A DNA stretch of 64,000 bases from Tubiluchus corallicola (GCA_030141605.1 JAQGDQ010000733.1:1-64000), one strand, 5' to 3'; shown: positions 11,595 to 26,111, numbered from the stretch's first letter. Notes: a model not told the origin generated them from the letters alone. A program made the numbers and translations.

Positions 11595-14500
11595 CTAAGA
11601 GAACAGAAATGGAGCTTTTGAGTATCTATAAATCACGCGCTTTTATGAAGAAAAGATCATGACAGTAAATCACTACACGCTCATCTAAACGGCAGTAATG
11701 CACAAGTTGTGTACTATTATTGCTTTCATGATTTGTGATTGCTGGAGCAAAAGATAATGTAGACTGGAGTTGTGAATCATTATTCATGCTAGATGACATT
11801 TCTACATTGGCTGTAGATCAGCAAATTTAAGCCAAATTGATAACTACAGTATCTACTGACGAGGACACCAAATGAATAAAAACAGTGTTGAATAATTCAG
11901 AAAACAGCAGCAGCAGCAGCAACAACAGCAACAACGACAGCAGCCACAGCAGCAGCAACAGCAACAACGACAGCAGCCACAGCAGCAGCAAACAGCAACA
12001 GCAACAACGACAGCAGCCACAGCAGCAGCAACAACAGCAACAGCAACAACGACAGCAGCCGCAGCAGCAGCAACAACAGCAACAGTAATGGCAACGACGA
12101 CGACAACAACAACAACAACAACAACAATGGCAACACCAAAAACAGCAACAGCAGCAGCAGTCAAGGGCAGCAACAGCAGTAGTGGTGAAAAGAAGCAGCA
12201 GCCACAGAAACAACAACAATGAAAGCAGCAGCAACAACAGCAACGTTAATGATGACGACAATGACATCAACAGCAAAAGCGGCAGCAGTCTAGGGCAGCA
12301 ACAGCAGTAGTGGTGAAAAAGGGCATCAGCAGCAACAGCAACAGAGACAATAACAGCGACAACAACAACGACAAGAACAAAAACAGCAGCAGCAACAGTA
12401 GCAGCAGTCAAAAGCAGCAGCAGCAACAGGAGCAGCGACAACGACAGTGACAACAACAACAACAACGACAACAACAAAAACAGCAACAGCAGCAGCAACA
12501 GGAGCAGCGACAATGACAGTGACAACAACAACAACAATAACAACAAAAACAGCAACAGCAGTAGCAGCCAAAAGCAGCAGCAGCAACAGCGACAACAACA
12601 ACAACGAAAACAGCAATGTAGCAGTAGCCAAAAGCAGCAACAACAGCAACAACAACAACAACAACAACAACAGCAGCAGTAGCAGCGCCAACAGCAACAG
12701 TGGCAGTGGCAACAACAGTAGCAGTGGCAGCTGCTGCAGCAGCACCAACAGTCCTAGAAACAGCAACACAACAACAATACAAGCTACAAAATTGTGAGCA
12801 CAACTTGCTGGACAAGCAAAGCTGCAAGGACAGTAGAGATTATAAAGTGATCAGACAGATGAGTGGAAACATCACCGGGTCACACTGAGTGGTTACAGCA
12901 GTGGCACTACCAAATGAGCCACAACAGCTGCTCACCAACCTAATATATAAACAGGCCAAGCAATGCTTGAATTACACTCACTGACAAACTTTCATTTTTC
13001 ATGTCATCTTGCACAGCCTATCAATCATCCTATCAATCAGCCTATCAATCATCCTATCAATCAGTCTATCAATCAGCCTATCAATCAGTCTATCAATCAG
13101 TCCTATCAATCAGTCCTATCAATCAGTCCTATCAATCAGCCTATCAATCAGCCTATCAATCAGTCTATCAATCAGCCTATCAATCAGTCCTATCAATTAG
13201 CCTATCAATCAGCCTATCAATCAGCCTATCAATCAGCCTATCAATCAGTCCTATCAATCAGCCTATCAATCAGTCTATCAATCAGCCTATCAATCAGCCT
13301 ATCAATCAGTCCTATCAATCAGCCTATCAATCAGCCTATCAAACTATCAATCAGTCCTATCAATCAGCCTATCAATCAGTCCTATCAATCAGCCTATCAA
13401 TCAGTCCTATCAATCAGTCTATCAATCAGTCTATCAATCAGTCCTATCAATCAGCCTATCAATCAGTCCTATCAATCAGCCTATCAATCAGTCTATCAAT
13501 CAGCCTATCAATCAGTCTATCAATCAGCCTATCAATCAGTCCTATCAATTAGCCTATCAATCAGTCTATCAATCAATATTACATATAATGACGTCAGAAA
13601 GAGCAGCTGCCGTAAAATGAGGGCAAATCTTGAAATCAGCCACTCGACTTTTGTACAAAATTGAATTGTTCTGGCTTCACTAGCGAGACAGGCTCTCGAG
13701 AAGCCAACAAACGCCTTCGCAATTTTCTTGGCAGCGTGCCAGACGGTGCTGAGTCATTGTACACGAACCTTTTACTTTTTCCCTGGACGATCATTTTGTT
13801 TGAAAGCGGAAATTACGTTTGACGTCCTTTTTCCTGAAAACTGCTGAACAATTTGTGAAGAATTGCACCCATATTATGAACACGTATTAGTGCTTATGAT
13901 AAAAAACAACAATGGTTATCTATAGGGGTTGAATTCAACCCGAGAAACTACTAGGAGTTAGGTTTAAAACAGTGCAAGAAGAAAACATCAGTAACAGTAA
14001 TGACGACGACGACAACAACAACAACAATAACTGCAACGACAACAACAAAAACAGCAACAGCACTTGAATTCAAGCAGAGAAACTACTAGAGTTAGGTTTA
14101 AAACAGTGCAAGAAGAAAACAACAGCAACAGCAACAGCACTTGAATTCAACCGGAGAAACTACTAGAGTCAGGTTTAAAACAGTGCAAGAAGAAAACAAC
14201 AGCAACAGCAACAGCACTTGAATTCAACCGGAGAAACTACTAGAGTTAGGTTTAAAACAGTGCAAGAAGAAAACAACAGTAACAGTAATGACGACGACGA
14301 CGACAACAACAACAATAACTGCAACGAAAGCAACAGTAACAGTAATGAATTAAAACTGTGCAAGAAGAAAACAACAGTAACAGTAATGACGGCGACGACG
14401 ACAACAATAACTGCAACGAAAGCAACAGTAACAGTAATGAATTAAAACTGTGCAAGAAGAAAACAACAGTAACAGTAATGACGGCGACAGCGACAACAAT

Positions 14501-17500
14501 AACTGCAGCGAAAGCAACAGCACTTGAATTCAACCCGAGAAACTACTAGAGTCAGGTTTAAAATAGTGCAAGAAGAAAACAACGGTGACAGTAATGATGA
14601 CGACGACGACGACGAGGGCGACGACGACGACGACGACAACAGCAACAATAACTGCAACGACAACAACAAAAACAGCAACAGCAACAGCACTTGAATTCAA
14701 CCGGAGAAACTACTAGAGTCAGGTTTAAAACAGTGCAAGAAGAAAACAACAGTAACAGTAATGACGACGACGACAACAACGACGACAACAACAACAATAA
14801 CTGCAACGACAACAACTAAAACAGCAACAGCAGCAGCAGTCAAGAGCAGCAACAACAGTTGTGGTGAAAAGCAGCAGCAGCAACAGCAACAGAGACAATG
14901 ACAGTGACAACAACAACAACAACAAAAACAGCAACAGCAACAGAGACACTGACAGCGACAACAACAACAACAACAAAAACAGCAACAGCAACAGAGACAA
15001 TGACAGTGACAACAACAACAACAACAAAAACAGCAACAGCAACAGAGACACTGACAGCGACAACAACAAAAACAGCAACAGTAACAGCACCAGCAGCAAC
15101 AGAGACAATGACAGTGACAACAACAACGACAACAACAAAAACAGCAACAGCAACAGAGACAATGACAGCGACAACAACAAAAACAGCAACAGTAACAGCA
15201 GCAGCAGCAACAGAGACAATGATAGCGACAACAACAACAACAACAACAACAAAAGCAGCAACAGCAGCAGCAGCAGAGACAATGACAGTGACAACAACAA
15301 CGACAACAACAAAAACAGCAACAGCAACAGCAACAGCAGCAGCAGCAACAGAGACAATGACAGTGACAACAACAATGACAACAACAGCAACAGCAGCAGC
15401 AGCAACAGAGACAATGCCAACGACAACAACAATGACAACAACAAAAACAGCAGCAGCAGCAACAGAGACAATGACAGCGACAACAACAAAAACAGCAACA
15501 ACAACAGCAGCAGCAGTAGCAACAGAGACAATGACAGTGACAACAACAATGACAACAACAGCAACAGCAGCAGCAGCAACAGAGACAATGCCAACGACAA
15601 CAACAAAAACAGCAACAGCAGCTTTGTCGTTGTTGTTATTGATTCAAAGGAAAAAGCTCAAGGCTGGACAGAGACCAGTATACTAAAGAACAAAGCCAGA
15701 CTTCTTCCAAAAAAAAAACACATAATTGGATATAAAACAAAAAGTCTTTCCACAGTTCCAACGATTGATGATGAACGTGAAAAGGTCAAAGGTTAAGTGT
15801 ACCAGACAACGCATTTGTGTACACTTGACAATGCCTCACATTTCATTGCTATAGTAACAGTTTTAACAGCTAACTAGAACCTCACCTAGTTCATTTCTCT
15901 TGTTTCCAAGCAAACTGATAAATCACTCAACACACAGACTAATGCTTAGTTAAGTAATGTCCACGTAAGACAACTGAAGTTACTGAACTGATGTGCCAGA
16001 TGGCTTTGTTTTATGCATGTCACGTGACAGTCGTAGTTAAGAGGCATTGCTGTCGTACACTTAACCTCTGACCTACAGCAACTATGCATGCGCACAACGA
16101 AACTGTGAAAAGGTTGAACAATGATACATTTGCAAACATGGCAACACAAAGCAAGCATAGAGAATAAACCAGGGTTGCCTCTGTATAATACCGCTTCTCA
16201 TACTGCTTTGGAAGCTAAAAATTATGTCGTTTCTTGCCAAATTGTTATATTTTCGCCCATAATCCAAAATTATTTCACATCTGTAGCAAACTATTGTTCA
16301 ATTTAATAAATAGTGACAGTGTTAAATTCATTAAATTGTAGTTTAATTAAACACATTCGTTCTTTATCATTAAAATGTTTGAAACATCATGCAATTAGCA
16401 CAATTTAGACTCGGTTTCAGCACAAATTTTTTAACAAACTAATAATGGTTTTACTGAAGCACAAAAAAGTAATATGCATGATCTTTATAATATGATAAAA
16501 GTAATAAGATTTGAAATACTGAAACTCAGTTCAATTCAAATTCGAAAGTCACAAATTCGATTTGATTCGAAATCTTTTTCTGGTAGAGAATGCTCATTTC
16601 TAAACAGAACAATGAAAAAGTTGAGTCTAGAACAATGCACAAGCAAAAACAATGACAACGTAAGCTTTATACACAAAACCAAGTACACAATGTTCTACAT
16701 GAAACAACAGACCATTGTTCAGAGGATAATACCTTTGAGGCTAGAACAATGCACTAGCGAAAACAATGACAAGGCAAGCTTTATACACAAAACCAAGTAC
16801 ACAATGTTCTATGTGAAACAATAGACCATTCTTTAGAGGATAATACCTTTGAGGCTAGAACAATGTACGAGCAAAAACAATGACAAGGCAAGCTTTATAC
16901 ACAAAACCAAGTAGACAGTGTTCTATGTGAAACAATAGACCATTGTTTAAAGGATAATACCTTTGCACCATTTCTTCTTGCTCTTGCACCATGTGTGCCA
17001 GCTGCTGGAATATTGTTCCCAGCTCAACAATTGTGGTTTCAATACTTTCCATTGTGCTAGCTCGACTCTGGATGTACGCATCCTGAAACACGCAACACCC
17101 GCATTTTCACACGTATCAGCACTATTGTTCGCAATTACTTAGAAAAAAACTTCAGCAAAATTTTCGCTCCCATCAGTGAAAAGAAACAAAAGCTAAAAGG
17201 TTAGGCAAATGGAGGGCAATTTACGAATCAAGAAAAATCTATAAGAAGGAAGAAGTAGAACATCTTACAGTAATATGGTACCGGATGCAAAATACAATGA
17301 AGGAGATTTATCGGGGGTTTCGTCTGACATATGGCAAAGTTTGTTATATAAAAAGGGCTTAGATGAAAATGTACCAGACATAACAGATGACAATTTGACT
17401 ACCTAAGACTGTGGTTAGTTTTCAAAACATCTCAAACAAGTGTATTAATATCATTGTTAAGTAATAGAAAACTTATGCATGATCTTAGAAGATTTATAAG

Positions 17501-18967
17501 AAAACTTATGCATGATCTTAAAAGATTTATAAGAAAACTTATGCATGATCTTAAAGGATTTATAAGAAAACTTATGCATGATCTTAAAGGGTTTATAAGA
17601 AAACTTATGCATGATCTTAAAGGATTTATAGGAAAACTTATGCATGATCTTAGAAGATTTATAAGAAAACTTATGCATGATTTTAAAGGATTTATAAGTA
17701 AACTTATGCATGATTTTAAAGGATTTATAAGTAAACTTATGCATGATCTTAAAGGATTTATAAGTAAACTTATGCATGATTTTAAAGGATTTATAAGTAA
17801 ACTTATGCATGATCTTAAAGGATTTAAAACCTATCTGTCTTGACATTGAAATTTATCATTTTTATTCTACATAACAAAATGTTTTATTTTTTCAGAATTT
17901 TTCACATCCTACTCAAATGATCTAATTAAAATGTTTCTTGTTAGCGCCATTATAATTATTTAGTTTAGTTTATACATATTTATAATGAATAAGAAATATT
18001 GCAATACGGCTTGAACAGACACCTTTTAACACCTGATGAATGTTCTCACCAATGAAACACTTAATAGAGTGCAGACAATAGACACACAGTAGAAGCATTA
18101 CAGTAAGACTACTAGCATAGATACACACATAGAATAATGTTGAGAATGACATTAATATTAATATGATATTAGTTTTGCATAATTATCATGTGAAATGCAG
18201 ATGTCCAGGTTCACTTTGGATAAACTAGTAAGTGTTATTCGAAGCATTTAGTTTAAACATTAAGAAATATTGCAATATGTGTTGAACAGACAGTTTTTAA
18301 CAACTGATGAATGTTCTCACCAATGAAATGTAACACTTAGTAGAGTGCAGACAATAGACACACAGTAGAAGCATTACAGTAAGACTACTAGCTATATGGA
18401 TACATACAATGTTAAGAATGGCAATAACATTACTATGTAATCAATATAGATTAATACAATGATTAGAAGCACTTGGTAAGAAATACAAATTTCTCTACAA
18501 GCTTAAATACTCGAATATTAATAGTTATACTTAAGTGTTGATTGCCATGAAGAAGCAGATAAACGAGTTCATTTGTTGACAGATTCTAATATTATGAGGA
18601 ATTAACAAAGTACAGAGTTTGCTTAGTAATGTATCTCGAGCCTGGTGATATAACACGCAGGCAATTAGAAAATGATTAATGGTTTCAAAAGGGGCACCGC
18701 ATCTAATATTATTATTTTATATTAATAATATAATTCGATATGATAATATAAAATAATATAATACAATGCACCGCATCATATTGTTATTTCTTAGTGTCCT
18801 ATGAGAAGAACAGATGATTTGATAATCGTTTGGTTTTCAACATAGTCTCTCCGTTCTATTGAAATTTTGTTTGTTTTGTTTCACATTGTGTTGTAAAACT
18901 CAGTGAGATCAATAAATCATCTACCTGTCTGTCTGTCTGTCTGTCTGCCTGCCTGCCTGCCTGGCTG

Positions 18968-19056
<89 letters not shown>

Positions 19057-22000
19057 GTATGTATGTATGTATGTATGTATGTATGTATGTATGTATGTAT
19101 GTATGTATGTATGTATGTATGTATGTATGTATGTATGTATGTATGTATGTATGTATGTATGTATGTATGTATGTATGTATGTATGTATGTATGTATGTAT
19201 GTATGTATGTATGTATGTATGTATGTATGTATGTATGTATGTGTCCGTCCGTCCGTCCGTCCGTCCGTCCGTCCATCCATCCATCCAACCAACCATCCAT
19301 CCATCCATCCATCCATTCATCCATCCATCCATCCATCCATCCATCCATCTATCTATCTACCTACCTATCCATCTATCTAAAAAGTAACTCCTCCTACATT
19401 CAAATTCTGGTTCTGCAAGTGTTAGTAAAGGATTTATTGCTAGCAGGTATAAGAGCAGTTACCTGTTCGTCAATTAGCTGCATTTGTTCTTGGTAACGAG
19501 TGCTACCTGGTCCCATGCCCATGTCAATGGTAACATCACCCTTTGCTCCGGTATCATCTTGTAGCAATACAGAACCGGCTGCAAAATACAATAAAGGGGA
19601 TGTTTAGGAACATTTTGTCTAGCGACTGCGATACCTTTGGCAAGGGCCGCAAAAAGTTAGGCGTTTCACCTCATTATGTTAAAGGACAAGAAAAGGGGCA
19701 CCTGAAGTAGGTTTTAGAAAATTTGCCTTAAAAAAATTATGTTACTTTACAGCAATTTTACAGTATATCGTATTCGCGTCGAAAGCAATTTTCGTTTGTT
19801 TGCATTTTAAATTTCCCGCAATACTGTTCCGATGGCGCCATTACATGACGTCACTAAATACGTAAATCAGGGGAAGAAAAAGCAATGTTAAATTATGACC
19901 CGAAAAACTTTCCGTGCAAATCTATATTACTTAGTATTTCACTTACCTGCTGGAAAGACTTATGTAACTAAAAATAACAATTTAAAATGTGTGTGCCAGT
20001 TGGTAAAATGTCGCTGACTCACCCTGCAGGGTGAGCCACTCACTAGCCAAAAACATATTTTAGATCTTGCTGACATGATACAGTAATTTAAAATTTTACT
20101 TAATTAGCAACATGTAAGCTGCGAATGCTCTGGAAATTCAAATTTCCAGTTTATTTTCATTACTTTTTAAAAATTCTTTCACAGTGTGGGACAATCTAAC
20201 AAGCTCTGCTTTTTGATTGCCCGCAACACATTTACATTTGTATACAGGTAAACAGTGTGTGAGGCTTTTCCTGTGCAGAAACAATAAAAACTTGTTTGCA
20301 TTATGTTCATTGTAGGCCCTTTCACTATATATTGTACATGAAACTATAGTCAAACCTCGGTTTTCGACCATAATTCGTTCCTAAAAAGTGTTTGAAAACA
20401 GATTTGGTTTAGTACCGAATCATTTATTCCCAGAAAAAATAATGTAAAGCAAATAATCCGTTCTCAAGCACCAAATGAACTGTAAAGTATTACTAAAACG
20501 TAATATAATAATGCAAAAATGCTTATTCAAACAGTAGATGTGATATTATTGATAAGAAAAACATAATAGAATTCCTTAGAAAGAAAAACATAATTATTCC
20601 TGCATGAAAAACCTTACGTGTTGGTAGCAGTGTGATGGTATATGTAAGCAAGATCAGAAACACGTACATGACTACTCTCGGGCGCGGTCGGTTACGCTCG
20701 GCTCTACTCGGCTCGCCGCGCATGCGTTCATCACGTGCTTGGCGGTTGGTCGAGTACCGAAATTCTGGTCGAGAACGGAGACAATTTCAACTCGAATTTT
20801 CTGGTCGAAAACCGATTTGTACGAATACGGAGACGTTTGAAAACCGAGGTATGACTGTATTATAAATGTGTAATGTGAAATAAATGATTTATGACTAAGT
20901 AATTATGAAAGTGATAAAAGGATCAGAGAGAACAGCTTAATTTCATTTCGCCTTAACGCTTCTGTTTCCATTTTACGCTGTGGCTAGAATAAGCCATAGG
21001 AAACATTTTAAGAAGTGAAATTCTATGATTATTACTGTATGGTTCAACGATATCCAATACGCAGCCATGCGACAACTGAGGTAGCTAAGCAGCTTATTAA
21101 TCTTAGCAAAACGACCCCTAACGGGGGATTCCAAGGTCGTCGCAATGACACTCTATCCATTAGTAAATAAAGAACTGAAGTATCAATTCGCTATTAGTTT
21201 TTAGGAGTTTCCAGCAATGCGGCAAGTCGTAGCTCAAGGGCAGGTATAGAAATACAAGAGTCACTTTCATGTTTTTTATCAGTTTTTGTTTATCTTACCA
21301 GATTATTTCGGAAAATAATCATTTCAAAATCTATCATTTCATTTCATAGTGTTTCGTCACGATTCCTGGCAGACAATCTGTGAACGCATTTGAGTAAATT
21401 TTAGTCTCAATGTATTATTGATTATGTGCTTTTTTATATTGTATTTTATGTTGTTATGATTTTATCTTGTTTTGTGTTTTATTTTTTGTTTTCTTAATGT
21501 AAATTATAGATTTTTTTATTGCAAGGATTAACATGAAAATAAAAAGAAAAATGGATGAAAACAAAATGAAAATTTCGAAAACGTTGCATCCTTAATTATG
21601 ACCATTGAGCCAGAGTTTTACATACTTCAATGGTATTTTATGTACTTCAATGGTATTTTACGTACTTCAATGGTATTTTACATACTTCAATGGTATTTTA
21701 CATACCTCAATGGTATTTTACGTACTTCAATGGTATTTTACATACTTCAATGGTATTTTACGTACCTCAATGGTATTTTACGTACCTCAATGGTATTTTA
21801 CATACTTCAATGGTATTTTACGTACCTCAATGGTATTTTACATACTTCAGTGGTATTTTACGTACTTCAATGGTATTTTACATACTTCAATGGTATTTTA
21901 CGTACCTCAATGGTATTTTACATACTTCAATGGTATTTTACATACTTCAATGGTATTTTACGTACTTCAATGGTATTTTACATACTTCAATGGTATTTTA

Positions 22001-23589
22001 CATACTTCAATGGTATTTTACGTACCTCAATGGTATTTTACATACTTCAGTGGTATTTTACGTACCTCAATGGTATTTTACATACTTCAATGGTATTTTA
22101 CGTACCTCAATGGTATTTTACATACTTAAATGGTATTTTACATACTTCAATGGTATTTTACGTACCTCAATGGTATTTTACATACTTCAATGGTATTTTA
22201 TGTACTTCAATGGTATTTTACATACTTCAATGGTATTTTATGTACTTCAATGGTATTTTACGTACTTCAATGGTATTTTACATACTTCAATGGTATTTTA
22301 TGTACTTCAATGGTATTTTACATACTTCAATGGTATTTTACGTACTTCAATGGTATTTTACATACTTCAATGGTATTTTACATACTTCAATGGTATTTTA
22401 CATACTTCAATGGTATTTTACATACTTCAATGGTATTTTATGTACTTCAATGGTATTTTATGTACTTCAATGGTATTTTACGTACTTCAATGGTATTTTA
22501 CATACTTCAATGGTATTTTATGTACTTCAATGGTATTTTACATACTTCAATGGTATTTTACGTACTTCAATGATATTTTACATACTTCAATGGTATTTTA
22601 CGTACTTCAATGGTATTTTACGTACTTCAATGGTATTTTACGTACTTCAATGGTATTTTACGTACTTCAATGGTATTTTACGTACTTCAATGGTATTTTA
22701 CATACTTCAATGGTATTTTACGTACTTCAATGGTATTTTACATACTTCAATGGTATTTTACGTACTTCAATGATATTTTACATATTGTAAAATAAACTGC
22801 TATAAAATGCTTATATAAAAACACTGGCAATCACAGTCATAGTTAATTACTGATATCGTTAGTTGTCAGCTAATTTTGGATAGGTTAAAGCTCGTGTAGC
22901 AAAAGTTTATAATTTATACGTACTATGGTGGCCGGTCATTGCAGAAGGAGGCAGCGTCGAGGAGACGGGACCCTGTGAGAATTGATCTCTTCTTGATCTC
23001 TGCTGCTTTAGGTTCTGTAAACAAACAAACAAGCTCGTGAAAACGTAAACAAAAACAACAACAACAACAACATTTCAATGTCACTATTCTCTGTAAGCGA
23101 ATAAGCTGGTAAAAAAAGACAGAACAAGTTTGTTACTGCGACGCATTCTTACTGCTATTTTGATGAGACAAAAATTTGATATTGATTACCTTTGATCAAC
23201 GTGATAGTTATGGCAATTGTTTAACGCCTCCAAGTGCAACAGCAAACAATTTTTGGGTTGTAAACAAGAAAGAAAAAACATTTGAAAAAAATTCAGCTTC
23301 AACGGGGTTAACAATGCTATAGTGAGTAAGCAAGTAAGTGAGTGAGTGAGTAAGTAAGTAAGTAAGTAGGTCGGTAGGTAGGTAGGTAGGTAGGTAAGTA
23401 GGTAGGTAAGTAAGTAGGCAGGTAGGTAGCTAGGTAGGTAGGTAGGTAGGTAGGTAGGTAGGTAGGTAGGTAGGTAGGTAGGTAGGTAGGTAGGTACATA
23501 GGTAGGTAGGTAGGTAGGTAGGTAGGTAGGTAAGTAAGTAGGTAAGTAGGTAGGTAGGTAGGTAGGTAGGTAGGTAGGTAGGTAGGTAG

Positions 23590-23670
<81 letters not shown>

Positions 23671-24657
23671 TAAGCAAGCAAGCAAGTACGTAGGTAGGTA
23701 GGTAGGTAGGTAGGTAGGTAGGTGAGTGAGTGAGTAGGTAGGCCAACAAGCTAACAAACAAGAAAACATCTAAGCAAGTAGGTAAATGAGGCCTCTCTGG
23801 CAATTCTGTTTATTTATTGTTTGACTTGAACCCTGTTCCTCTTCTCTGATTCGCTATTACTCATTAACTACATCAGTTATGCACACGACATGATTACTCC
23901 ATGAAATTTTGTACATGATAAACGTAACGAGAATTAATTTAACATCGCGCATCGATTCATGCAAAAAAAATGAGGTCATGTTTGAAAATCTCACACGAAA
24001 TAACAGATTCATTAACTTGCTTGTACATTTTAGTTACAAGAGCTTTAGTGTGTGAAATTGTGCTGCAAGATACGCAATTAACATAATCGTTGAATGTAAC
24101 TATTCCTTTAGTATAAGACAAATTTAACTAATTATGCTTCAGTAATGAACGTTCTCCATATCTACAGAACCAAGCGATGGTCCAATATGAGTGGCTTACT
24201 TACTCAATTACCTTACTTATCTTGCTTGCATGCTTGCTTGGTTATGCAATTACTTGCTTACTTACTGACTTACATACTTAACTTATTTACCTTACTCATT
24301 TACTTACTTACTTACTTTTTTACTTACTTACTTAGTTACTTACTTACTTACCTACCTAGCCTACCTACCTACCTAACCACTGACCTACCTACCTACCTAC
24401 CTACCTACCTACCTACCTACTTACTTTACCTTACTTCTTACTTATTTACCGTCTTACTTACTTACTGATTTACTTACTTACTTATTTACTTACTTACTTC
24501 CCTACCTACCTACCTACCTACCTACCGACCGACCGACCGACCGACCAACCTATCTACCTACCTACCGACCGACCAACTTATCTACCTACCTAAGTACCTA
24601 CCTACTTACTTACTTTACCTACCTTACTTATTTACCTTACTGTCTTACTTACTTACC

Positions 24658-24712
<55 letters not shown>

Positions 24713-24725
24713 CTTACTTACTTAC

Positions 24726-24778
<53 letters not shown>

Positions 24779-25636
24779 CTACCTACTTACCTTACTCGTT
24801 GACTTACTGCTTTACTTACCTTACCTTACCTTACCTTACCTTACCTTACCTTACTTGCACGGGTTTCAAAACGAGTTCAAATCTACTGATGTGGAAGAGC
24901 ATATCAAACAATGACAAGGCAGGATTTAAGCAGCATACAGATGACACAATTTTCGCACTTTTACACAAAAGTATATCCTCTTACAGCATTAGCAAAGAGG
25001 AACGAACCAGTTAAGAGCTTTGTAAATTGTTTCTGCCTGTAATTACACGTATATTCGTGAAATCGCATCGGCTACGTGGGTGATGCTCATGGAACATTTG
25101 GCTCAAATGACCATCACTAATGTACTTCAGAAAAACACCAGTCACGAATATGAGACAAGTGAGTAGCAGTAGAGAATGGAAAAAATAAATCATATGATAG
25201 ATGTAGGAAGGAGCGTGAAATGAAAGACAGGTACCATTCCAGTAGATGTGATTTTGAATGAAATAATAAAATGAGATAACTAGACGTGAGTGAGAGAGTG
25301 AGTGAGTGAATGAGTGAGTGAATGAGTGAGTGAGTGAGTGAATGAGTGAGAGAGTGAGTGGGTGAGAGAGTGAGTGAGAGAGTGATTGAGTGAGTGAATG
25401 AGTGAGTGATTGAGTGGGTGAGAGAGTGAGTGAGTGAGTGAGTGAGTGAGTGAGTGATTGAGTGAGTGAATGAGTGAGTGAATGAGTGAGTGAGTGAGTG
25501 AGTGAGAGCGTGAGTGAATGAGTGAGTGAGTGAATGAGTGAGTGAATGAGTGAGAGAGTGAGTGAATGAGTGAGTGAATGAGTGAGTGAGTGAATGAGTG
25601 AGTGAGTGAATGAGTGAGTGAGTGGATGAGTAAGTG

Positions 25637-25672
<36 letters not shown>

Positions 25673-25967
25673 TACATATAATACATACAATGAAATTTAT
25701 GGGGTTTTACGTGATGCAATAACTTATGGAAACAACAAGGAGATTAACACAAATAATTCAATCAGTTGTTCAGAGGAATAGAGAATTAATATTGGAGATT
25801 TACTGAAATTTACAGTTGATGGTGCGAATTGCAACTGGACAGAAAGAATTTAAAGTTCTTGTGGTTTTAGCGTTAATTAAGTGAAATCTCTGACCAGAGG
25901 GGGAGCATTTCAAAATATTTATTACCTGGATGATATTCAAATATAAATATAAATATTATTATTATTG

Positions 25968-26010
<43 letters not shown>

Positions 26011-26076
26011 CATTATCATTATCATTATCATTATCATTATCATTATCATTATCATTATCATTATCATTATCATATC

Positions 26077-26111
<35 letters not shown>

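Noticed and set aside
11423-11662. Acidic plus-strand ORF
   Set aside because: Antisense shadow of STX5 exon 10.
14861-15796. 311-aa Asn/Ser/Asp-rich ORF antisense to STX5
   Set aside because: Non-ATG start, pure low-complexity triplet repeat, open in multiple frames.
21598-22795. ~390-aa ORFs in three frames
   Set aside because: Product of a stop-free 20-bp repeat.
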